This document shows positions 56,132 through 64,000 of a stretch of DNA of 64,000 bases, in pieces. Source of the stretch: an uncultured Thermoleophilia bacterium (GTDB taxonomy: Bacteria > Actinomycetota > Thermoleophilia > UBA2241). The DNA lies in the NCBI GenBank assembly GCA_963767505.1, contig CAVYDV010000004.1:1623-65622 (forward strand), written 5' to 3'. Position 1 is the stretch's first letter. Every line of letters starts with the position of its first letter. The position numbers and the translations under genes are program-made. Under the pieces are notes generated by a model. The model did not search any database. It saw only the letters and a program-made list of their open reading frames with translations, and had not been told where the DNA came from.

Positions 56132-56797
56132 TCAACGATGGCTGCCGCGTGCTTCTACGAGCTGAATCTCAGAAGCAGCGGGGAGTTGGCCATGAGTGCG
56201 ACCGCCGGCCGGTTGCTGAGCGCGCTCTCGGGGAAGGACCGCTTCCGTGAGCGCGCCCACAAGGGGTCGGCTCTGACGGGCCATCCGGGCGACCCAGACC
56301 GACCGCGGGTCTGCTCTGCATCTCCCAGCCGTTTTCCTACGGTCCCGCCAGAGCGGCAGCCCTGTCGCCTCGTCGTGGACGCGCTCGAGCATCTTTCCGG
56401 AGAACTCGCTCAGGAGCAGCTCACACGCATAGACGACACAACCCGAAACGACGTGCCCGCCAGAGGTACGTCCCTGTCCGTCCGCGAAGACGGCGTGCGC
56501 ATGCAGGGCCGTCTCACCGTTCCGAGCGAGACGTTCCCGATGAGCGAGGCGATCTCAAGTGGCTGGTCGAGGTCTAGCTCCTGGTAGGTCCTGCCGTCCT
56601 GATCGTAGTACGCGATGCGCGCCCGCCGCACGGCTCCGATCGCCCATACCTGTCCGGTGTCGACCCGTGTTCGCGTGCCACGGAGAGGATCTCCTCGGCA
56701 AGATCCCCGTCGCGCGGCAGACGCGCCACGACGCGCCGGCCCTCGCCCACCTCGTAGCTGCCCACGCCGCCTCCTGACGTCCGGAAGAGTGCGCCCA
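56132..56797 (-). pseudogene. PPC (DUF296) domain protein, two frameshifts
   Basis: Three blocks lie in three frames: MGALFRTSGGGVGSYEV...LAEEILSVAREHG, then AIGAVRRARIAYYDQDGRTYQELDLDQPLEIASLIGNVSLG, then GETALHAHAVFADGQGRTSGGHVV...MLERVHDEATGLPLW. Confidence 0.6.
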
Positions 56798-57003
56798 TTG
56801 TTCCCTCTGCGACTCGGCTGGTCGCGGCAACACTAGTCGCTGCCGGGTGCTCGCTCAAGGAAGTGACGGCTGTGCGAGCGTCGCTACCACCTCGTGCAGA
56901 CGAACGGGTATTCTGGCGGCTCGGGACCACGCGCCGTGGAGCAGGATGGGTGCGGCGCTTGCGCTCGTCGGACGACTCGGCAGCAGAAAGCAGGGAGCGA
57001 ATC

Positions 57004-57462
57004 ATGCGAAGGCCGCTCAACATCGCGGTGGTCATTGTCGGCGGCTTGATCGGCGCATGGCTCGGCTACTGGCTCGGCCACGCCATGGGGTGGAGCAGGG
57101 ACGCTGAGTGGCCATTGTCGCCCGGAGGTGGGCTGGGCGCCATGCTCCTGGCGTTCGGCATGGCGGTCCTCTTCATCGCCGCCGCGGCGGCGCTCATCGT
57201 TCTCATCCAGGGCCGCGGAGTTCGGCAGGCGCTTGAGAACGGCGTTCCGGCGCGGGCCACTGTAGTGAGCATCAAGCAGACGGGAGAGCGGAGCACAACG
57301 TCTGACGGGACGTATCGCCAGGTCCACTGTGAGCTCGAGGTCCGGCCCCGGGATGGGGCACCGTACAGCACCCGTCATCACGCAGTTCCTGACCGAGGGA
57401 TACCTGCAGAGGCTGGAGGCCGGCGCAAGGGTCCAGGTACGCTACGATCCGGCCCAGCGTGA
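57004..57462 (+). CDS. Hypothetical membrane protein, C-terminus frameshifted
   Basis: Two TM helices are predicted. The sequence after ...CELEVRPRDGAPYS continues sensibly in ORF 57329-57589 (VITQFLTEGYLQRLEAGARVQVRYDP). Confidence 0.45.
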   Translation: MRRPLNIAVVIVGGLIGAWLGYWLGHAMGWSRDAEWPLSPGGGLGAMLLAFGMAVLFIAAAAALIVLIQGRGVRQALENGVPARATVVSIKQTGERSTTSDGTYRQVHCELEVRPRDGAPYSTRHHAVPDRGIPAEAGGRRKGPGTLRSGPA

Positions 57463-57637
57463 CGCGCGTCGCCATCATCGAAGAGGCTCCCCGGCGCCAA
57501 TAGGGCACGCCCGCGCAGCTTGGGTCGCCGCCGGGGTTGGGTCGGGCGCAGCGCGTCGGGCCGCCCAATCGCGCACCTACGGCACGTGACGCGCATCGAT
57601 TCGTCAAGCTCGGGAGGCAACACTGAAGATCCATCTC

Positions 57638-58504
57638 GTGGACGGCACCTACGAACTCTTCCGCAGCCACTTCGGAGCTCCTGCGAGGAAGGACCCTGAC
57701 GGCAGTGAGGTCGGCGCCACCGTCGGCCTCCTGAGGAGCCTCTTCGCGCTCGTCTCTCAGCCGGGCACGACACATATCGCATGCGCTTTCGACCACGTCA
57801 TCGAGTCCTTCCGCAACGACCTCTTCCCGGGCTACAAGACCGGGGAGGGGGTCGAGGAGGATCTGCTGGACCAGTTCCCCCGCGCAGAGCGGGCGGTAGC
57901 TGCGCCTGGCATCGCGGTCTGGCCCATGGTGGAGTTCGAGGCCGACGATGCCTTGGCGACGGCCGCGGCTCACCTGAAGGAGCAGCCGGGAGTCGGGCAG
58001 GTCGTGATCTGCTCGCCCGACAAGGATCTTGCCCAGTGCGTGTCTGGTTCGAGTGTCGTTTGCTGGGACCGATGCCGCGATAGCGTCCTGGATGAGGAGG
58101 GGGTGATGAGGAAGTTCGGCGTCCGCCCACACTCCATGCCAGACTGGCTGGCCCTGGTGGGGGACACCGCCGACGGCTATCCGGGGATTTCCGGCTGGGG
58201 AGCCAAGTCCGCCGCCGCAGTGCTGGCGCGCTACGATCATCTCGACCGGATCCCGGAGGACCCCCTTCAGTTGGGCCTTCCTCTTGGGCGCGCGACCCGC
58301 CTCGCGGAGAGCCTGCGGTCCCGCCGACAGGAGGCGCTCCTCTACCGCCGTTTGGCGACTCTCCGTGAGGATGTTCCGCTTCACACGGCGCTGGCCGATC
58401 TCGAGTGGCGAGGCGCCAAGCCTGAACTGAATGAGGTCTGTCGGGAACTGGGCGACGAGGACCTCCAGAGGCGTCTCATCGCAGAGCACGACACTCGGAT
58501 CTGA
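57638..58504 (+). CDS. 5'-3' exonuclease (FEN / Pol I N-terminal domain family)
   Basis: Motifs: DGTYELFR, AFD, EADDALAT, PDKDLAQ, VGDTADGYPGISGWGAKSAA (H3TH). The true N-terminus may extend 5 codons upstream (LKIHLVDG) from a non-ATG start. Confidence 0.8.
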   Translation: MDGTYELFRSHFGAPARKDPDGSEVGATVGLLRSLFALVSQPGTTHIACAFDHVIESFRNDLFPGYKTGEGVEEDLLDQFPRAERAVAAPGIAVWPMVEFEADDALATAAAHLKEQPGVGQVVICSPDKDLAQCVSGSSVVCWDRCRDSVLDEEGVMRKFGVRPHSMPDWLALVGDTADGYPGISGWGAKSAAAVLARYDHLDRIPEDPLQLGLPLGRATRLAESLRSRRQEALLYRRLATLREDVPLHTALADLEWRGAKPELNEVCRELGDEDLQRRLIAEHDTRI

Positions 58505-58607
58505 GTCTGCGCTCCCAGAGCAGCACGAGCGGCGGTGGACGGCGCGTGTGGCGGCCTACGCCATGACCGCATCGACCCGCAAGCCGCCAGCGAACGAGGC
58601 GAACGCG

Positions 58608-58724
58608 CTAGCCCTTCCTGCCCTTCGCTTGGCCGATGCCCCAGAAGAGAACTCCCAGCCCGGCTAGGAACGCCCCAATGCCCACAGGTCCCGTCCAGAA
58701 TAGAGCCAGCCACAAATCGTCCAT
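58608..58724 (-). CDS. Small membrane protein (38 aa), not in the ORF track
   Basis: A GGGAGGGG RBS lies 7 nt upstream. The product is MDDLWLALFWTGPVGIGAFLAGLGVLFWGIGQAKGRKG. Confidence 0.4.
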   Translation of the reverse strand: MDDLWLALFWTGPVGIGAFLAGLGVLFWGIGQAKGRKG

Positions 58725-58949
58725 GACGACACCCCTCCCGCGTCCCTCAGATGGCCGGGCGGGCGCGAGGCTCAGGGATTCGGCCCGCCTACTTCAGGCT
58801 TCCCCAGCTATGTCATCGACGACACTCGCAGATCGTACGGCCTCAGCGAGTCGCGAGAGGTTGACACTGCTGCGGTAGGGGTATCTTTTCTGGTACTGGC
58901 TCCGGAGACCCGGCGGTACCTCGGCTGAGGCCGGGACTAAGGAGTCGTC

Positions 58950-59336
58950 ATGGCACCCCCCATCAGTGGCACAACGAGATCGTTCGACAGACCAGACGCC
59001 CACGTCGTCAAGGGTGGAGTGGAAATCGATGTCGTGCAGATCGGCGACATGAAGGCGAAGCGCATGACCTACCCGTCGGGATGGAAGTTCTCGAGGGACA
59101 TGGGAGTGCCCAAGTGCCTTGACACGCACGTTGGCTATGCACTGTCGGGGCGCATGATCGTGGACTTCGGTGAAGGATCGCAGCTGGAGTTCGGCCCCGG
59201 GAGCGTGTTTGCCATACCGGCGGGCCACGATGCCTGGGTCGTAGGTGACCAGCCGAGCATCATCGTGCAGTTCGACGAGGGTGAGTCCGCGGCGCGCCGC
59301 TTCAACGTCGCCACCACGGCGGAGAAGGCCGCTTGA
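58950..59336 (+). CDS. Cupin domain protein
   Basis: An AAGGAG RBS is present. HVGYALSGRMIVDF...GSVFAIPAGHDAWV matches a cupin barrel. Confidence 0.65.
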   Translation: MAPPISGTTRSFDRPDAHVVKGGVEIDVVQIGDMKAKRMTYPSGWKFSRDMGVPKCLDTHVGYALSGRMIVDFGEGSQLEFGPGSVFAIPAGHDAWVVGDQPSIIVQFDEGESAARRFNVATTAEKAA

Positions 59337-59602
59337 CCGCAGGTCGTCGTCGAGACGTTCGACTGCAGAGGGCCGCGTGGTGCGGCCTTTTGTACGCGGA
59401 AACGCGACCGACAGCCAACGTCCGTGAGACCGTCATGTGCTGCATGCGTGCGGCTCTCGGGCCTCGATAGGTCGCTGTGGTAGTGTGGCTACGCGAGTGC
59501 TCTCGGCGACCTGCTCTGGGGATTCTCGCGGAATGACCGGGCGAGGCCCTCGCTTCTGAGCGAAGCGCACACATTCGCGCCACTACCATAAGGCAGGCTG
59601 CA

Positions 59603-60730
59603 GTGGACGTCCTCGAAGTCAGCGTCGACGCCAAGGCCCTCGAGAGCTACATCGCCGCGCTCCTGGGCAAGGCTGGACTTCGCGACGACGACGCGCTGTT
59701 CTTCGCGCGGTCCCTTGTTCAGACGAATCTCTGGGGCAAGGACTCTCACGGCGTCATGCGCGTGCCCCACTACCTGCAGCGCCTCACGTCCCGGGAAGTG
59801 AACCCGAGGCCGACGACGCAGATCGTGCGCGGAGGCGGCGCTTTCGAAGTCATGGACGGGGACAACGGGCCGGGGTATCTCGTGGGCCGGGACGCCATGT
59901 TGCGCGCAGTCACGCTCGCGGAGAAGAGTGGCATCGGCGCGGTCGGGGTGATCGAGAGCAATCACTTCGGGGCCGCCGCGATCTACGCCCGGCTCGCCGC
60001 CGAGCGAGGGATGGTCGGCGTGGCGATGACGAACTCGGTTCCCAAGATGATCGCGCCCGGCGGCACCAAGCCCATCGTCGGCAGCAACCCGATCGCCATC
60101 GCAGTCCCCACGTACGGGGAGTACCCGTTCGTACTCGACATGTCGCTCTCCGCAGTGGCTGGCGGCCGGTTGTTGCTGGCGGCTGGCAAGGGCGAGAAGA
60201 TCCCACCGGACTGGGCCACCGACAAGCGGGGTCGGCCCACGGACGATCCTGTCGAGGCTTTCGCGGGGGGCTGGTTGCCGGCTGGTGGCGTGAAAGGCCT
60301 TGGGTTGGCCTACGCCGTGGACATCCTCTGCGGCTTGATAACGGGAGGGGCGTTCGGACCAGGCGTGAAGAGCCAGTACTCCGACCCCTCCTCGCGGAGC
60401 GAGACCGCTCACATGATGATCGCCATCAATGTGGACTGCATCATGGATCGGGGGGAGATGCGCGAGCGTATGGCCGAGTACTGCGCGACCATCAAGTCCT
60501 CGCCGCTGCGCGACTCCTCGCAGGAGATGCTCGTGCCGGGAGAGCGTGCACATCGCAATGCACAAGCGGCTGAGTCGTCGGGGATACGGCTACACGCCAG
60601 TCTGTACGACGAGCTGGTTGCGCTCGGCGAGCAGCTCGAGCTGGTGGAGGAACTCTCCCCGCTTCCGCGCAATCCGGATGGCGATCGGCCCACTGGCACT
60701 ACCGACGGCCCTGGCGGGTGCGAGAGCTAG
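59603..60730 (+). CDS. Ldh_2 family (malate/L-lactate/ureidoglycolate-type) dehydrogenase
   Basis: Motifs: DSHGVMRVPHYL, SNHFGAAAIYA, GSNPIAIAVP, GGVKGLGLAY. Confidence 0.85.
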   Translation: MDVLEVSVDAKALESYIAALLGKAGLRDDDALFFARSLVQTNLWGKDSHGVMRVPHYLQRLTSREVNPRPTTQIVRGGGAFEVMDGDNGPGYLVGRDAMLRAVTLAEKSGIGAVGVIESNHFGAAAIYARLAAERGMVGVAMTNSVPKMIAPGGTKPIVGSNPIAIAVPTYGEYPFVLDMSLSAVAGGRLLLAAGKGEKIPPDWATDKRGRPTDDPVEAFAGGWLPAGGVKGLGLAYAVDILCGLITGGAFGPGVKSQYSDPSSRSETAHMMIAINVDCIMDRGEMRERMAEYCATIKSSPLRDSSQEMLVPGERAHRNAQAAESSGIRLHASLYDELVALGEQLELVEELSPLPRNPDGDRPTGTTDGPGGCES

Positions 60731-61987
60731 CTGGTCTCGAGTGGTGTACCGATGCCGCGCTGCGGTCTCCCGTCCGAATCGCTCTGGGAGGGTCGGCGCG
60801 ACTGGGCCGGCGTGCCCTTCAGGCGCCGCAGTCCGAAGGCTGCTGCGCGCTCCGCGAAACGCCAGGAGTTGACGACGGACGGAACCGGGTCGTCCCACCG
60901 GTAGTAGGGCAGGACCTGACGATGGGCAAGGCTTCCCAACCAAGCGGTGAAGGTCAGCTCCCCGCGTGCGCGCAACTCCAGGAAGGCACGGAGGTCCGCA
61001 CCAGCCCACCAGAGGCGCAGCCCTTGGACATAGGGCTTGCCGTCGAGCGATTCGTTCGGCAAACCCAGCAGCCGGCCGTACACGAACGGCGCCAAGTCAT
61101 ATCCGCTGGCTACCAGTAGCGGGTTGGCGGCGGTGAAGCGCGCGTTGCACTCGATGATCTTCAGCAGGCCATCCCGGCGATCGAGCTTGAACTCCACGTT
61201 CCCAAGTCCGAGAAGGCCGGCGTGACGGAGGAGGTGCATCCCAAGGTCGCGGACCTCGGGGATCCAATCGGTCACGTGGTAGCAGCCCATGCCGCGGTTC
61301 ACCGGGAACCGGCGGATGACGCGCTTCGTGTAGGCGAAGAGCGGCTCCCCCGACTCGTCAAGGTACGTGAAGAGGCTGCACAGCCGATCGTCCGGTCCGG
61401 GTATCTCCTCGAGCAGCATGACGTCGAGGTCGTGGTCGTGGGCGAGGCGGTATGCTGCCGCCAGCTCGTCGTAGTCGGTGGCTCTGAAGAACTTCTCGCC
61501 GAAGACCTCCACGAACCTGTGCGAGTACAGCGGTTTGACGAGGAGTGGGTAGACGTAGCTCCTCCCTCTGGGCCTCCACCTGTTCCATGCTCTCAACGGT
61601 CCAGAACAGCGGCGTCGGGATGCCTGCCTCGCGCGCCTTCGAGTAGGTCGAGAGCTTGCTGAGGAAGCAGCGCTGGGCATCCGGACTGGAGATGTCGAGG
61701 ACGAACCTGTCGGCGAGCCTCTGGCGGTGCTCGAGGATGGTCTCGATGCCTGCGTCGCTGCAGGACAGAAGCACTGCACCGCGCAGGGGGTCCGATTCCG
61801 GACCCAGCAGGTAACGAATCCAGGCGTCTCTTGGAGGGCGATCCTGCGGCACGGGGATCAGGCGAGCGTATCTCGAAGAGGCCTCCGGCGAGCCGGCGTC
61901 GCCGAGCAGGTAGACCCTGACGCCCCTCTGGCCGAGACTTCGCGCGACCGACAGGGCGTTCCCCATCGCTCCTCCCATGAGGATCAC
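60727..61987 (-). pseudogene. ATP-grasp enzyme (COG3919-like carboxylate-amine ligase), one frameshift near 61560
   Basis: The N-domain (VILMGGAMGNALSVARSLGQRGVRVYLLG...) is in ORF 61358-62518. The ATP-grasp core (YPLLVKPLYSHRF...MLLEEIPG...VEFKLDRRDGLLKIIECNARF) is in ORF 60727-61779. Confidence 0.7.
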
Positions 61988-62348
61988 GGGAGGCAAGGGC
62001 GAATGCTGTTTCGCGGCTCTGCGGACTGGCCGGCGGCAACCCTCTGCACGGCGTCCGAGGGTACGAGAGATCGGCGTGAACGTCGGCTTCACCCGGGGAC
62101 ACCCCTGAGGTGTTCGTTGCCTCTTGAACTGGAGGTCGTCTGCGCAATGCCCGGTGCGCCACGGCAGACGACGGTTCACGCATAATACATCGGGAGGGAC
62201 CGCGAGTATGCCAAGACCAGGGAGCCAGTCGTCGACGCGGAGCCCGACGCCGTCTGGCGCGCTGACACCCCATGAGGCCTGGCGGGCGCGGTGGGCGTAG
62301 AATCGATCGACCAAGTTGCGCGAACCGGTGTAGGCGACGAAGGAGCTG

Positions 62349-63279
62349 GTGCTGAGTACGGTCGAGCCGAGCGTGATGGTGTCCCACCTGCGCAAGAGCT
62401 TCGGTGAAGTGCAGGCGGTCACAGATGTCTCTTTTGATGTGTACCCGGGCGAGATCTTCGGCCTGCTCGGCCCCAACGGTTCCGGCAAGACCACGACCCT
62501 GCGCATGGTGCTCGACATCTTCCAGCCGGATGCGGGGACGGTCCGAGGTGCTGGGCGGGGAGCTCACCGACGAGCGCAAGGACAGGATCGGCTATCTGCC
62601 CGAAGAGCGGGGCCTATACCGGGACGCCAAGCTCGAGGCGGTGCTCGTGTACCTCGCCACGCTCAAGGGAATGGATGCCCCTCGGGCGCGCGAGCGTCTG
62701 CGGAGCTGGCTCGAGCGCCTCGATCTCTGGGAGCACCGCGAGAAGAAGGTCCAGGAGCTGTCGAAGGGTATGCAGCAGAAGGCCCAGCTGATCGCGACCC
62801 TCGTCCACGAACCCGACCTGATCGTCGTGGACGAGCCCTTCTCTGGGCTCGACCCGATAAACACGCGGCTCATCAAGGAGGTCTTCGCTGAGCAGCGTCG
62901 GGCGGGCAGGACGATCATCATGTCCACGCATCAGATGTATGAGGTGGAAGCGCTCTGCACGCGCATCGCCCTCATCAACAGAGGCGAGGTCGTGCTCTAC
63001 GGAGAGGTGGAGGATATCCGACGCCGCTACGCCGGCAACGCCGTCGTGGTGGAGGGCGAGGGACCGTTCGAGGGACTGCCGGGCGTCGTCGAGGCGCGCC
63101 GGCGGGATGGGTCGTGGCACCTGGCGCTGCGCGGCGAGGCCGATCCGCAAGCCGTCTTCCGGGAGCTGGCTCGCCGGGACGGAGTGCGCGTGGAGCGCTT
63201 CGAGGTCGCCGAGGCGTCTCTCGAGGACATCTTCGTGTCGGTCGTCTCGGAGGGCTCGTCTGATCTCAAGGTGACGTGA
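62349..63279 (+). CDS. ABC transporter ATP-binding protein, one frameshift near 62540
   Basis: Walker A (GPNGSGKTT) is in ORF 62349-62891. The signature LSKGMQQK and Walker B LIVVDEP are in ORF 62404-63279. Confidence 0.8.
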
Positions 63280-63280
63280 C

Positions 63281-64000
63281 GTGGGCAAGCTCCTTCTGGT
63301 CGCCCGCCATGAGTACCTGCGATTCGTGCGCCGAAGGAGCTTCCTGCTCGCCGTCTTCAGCCTGCCGCTGATCCTCATCCTGGTCGTCATCGTGAGCGCG
63401 CTGGCGGCGCAGGACGAGGGACCCGTCATCGGCTACGTCGACGAAGCCGGGTTGCTGCGGCCCGCGGTTCTCGACTCGGCCGGGGACGAGGAGCCTGCGG
63501 CGATGCGGTCGTTCCCATCCGTCGAATCCGGACGTACGGCTGTGGAGGCAGGCGAGATAGACACGCTGTACGTCCTTCCGGTCGACTACCTGAAGGACCG
63601 TTCGCTGCTGGCCTACGCGGGCGAGAGCGGCTTGGCGCCCGGGGCCACGAAGGCCTTCGGTGACTACATCGCGGCCAGCCTGGCGGCGTCCTACGAGCCG
63701 CCGACTGCCAAGCGGCTGTCGCGGGCGCCCGACGTCACCGTGAGGGATGCTGCGGGATCGCGCGAGGTGGGCGGGGCGTCGTCGGCCTTCCTGCACTACG
63801 CCCTGCCGTTCGCGGCAGGCCTCCTCTTCATCATGGCGGCCGTGATCTCGGCGGGCTACCTGCTGCAAGCCGTGACCGACGAGAAGGAGAACCGCACCGC
63901 CGAGATCCTCACCACCTCGGTCTCGCCATCTCAGCTCATCGTGGGCAAGGCGCTGGGCCTCACCGGGGTGGTGGCGACGCAGCTCGGCATCTGGCTCGCC
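63281..64000 (+). CDS. ABC-2 type transporter permease (partial, runs off the window)
   Basis: GTG lies 1 nt after the ATPase stop. There are 240 open codons. The product has an N-terminal TM helix (FLLAVFSLPLILILVVIV), a large loop, and then AVTDEKENRTAEILTTSVSP typical of ABC-2 (NatB-like) permeases. Confidence 0.7.
   Translation, partial: MGKLLLVARHEYLRFVRRRSFLLAVFSLPLILILVVIVSALAAQDEGPVIGYVDEAGLLRPAVLDSAGDEEPAAMRSFPSVESGRTAVEAGEIDTLYVLPVDYLKDRSLLAYAGESGLAPGATKAFGDYIAASLAASYEPPTAKRLSRAPDVTVRDAAGSREVGGASSAFLHYALPFAAGLLFIMAAVISAGYLLQAVTDEKENRTAEILTTSVSPSQLIVGKALGLTGVVATQLGIWLA

Overview
High-GC (about two-thirds G+C) bacterial chromosomal segment with actinobacterium-like codon usage; the taxon cannot be determined from the sequence alone. 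It holds about 80 genes or gene remnants and is heavily reworked by mobile DNA: one nearly complete IS3-family element, one chimeric IS481-like element (with the end of a second copy at the left window edge), several IS, transposase and integrase fragments, and three relics of a tRNA 3' portion.

The most coherent and fully intact unit is a minus-strand module of about 9 kb (23199-32154), bracketed by a perfect 279-bp inverted repeat made of IS right-end remnants. It encodes a 10-gene, translationally coupled operon: DUF5320, an RG-tailed 2x[4Fe-4S] ferredoxin, two COG1149 MinD-type ATPases with ferredoxin inserts, an Mrp/NBP35 ATPase, a radical SAM enzyme, two NifX/NifB-like cofactor-binding proteins, an RG-rich unknown protein and a DUF134 putative regulator. 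A TrmO/TsaA-like gene and a sulfide:quinone-oxidoreductase-like flavoprotein complete the module. A 14-16 bp palindrome, TGAGCATATGCTCA, occurs three times in its promoter regions.

Just upstream lies a peroxiredoxin whose peroxidatic-Cys codon is an in-frame TGA followed by a hairpin, making it a candidate selenoprotein.

Other content:
- Hsp20, two CDGSH paralogs, three universal stress protein (USP) genes, a ZIP metal transporter and a MoxR ATPase.
- A DUF2779 nuclease paired with a PD-(D/E)xK-like protein, next to an integrase stump.
- An RsbW-PAS-PAS-SpoIIE fusion and a molybdopterin oxidoreductase.
- Two convergent secreted proteins (an S8 protease and a beta-helix protein) carrying arrays of near-identical domain repeats of about 305 bp.
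- Two candidate ydaO-type leaders ahead of secreted cell-wall or CAP-domain genes.
- An Ldh_2 dehydrogenase, an ATP-grasp enzyme and an ABC transporter.

Many genes between 39 and 63 kb carry frameshifts or in-frame stops. This reflects either real decay or assembly indels, and I cannot distinguish the two from the sequence. No rRNA, intact tRNA or CRISPR array was found. Coordinates derived from the ORF track are exact; hand-read coordinates of non-coding motifs may be off by 1-2 nt.
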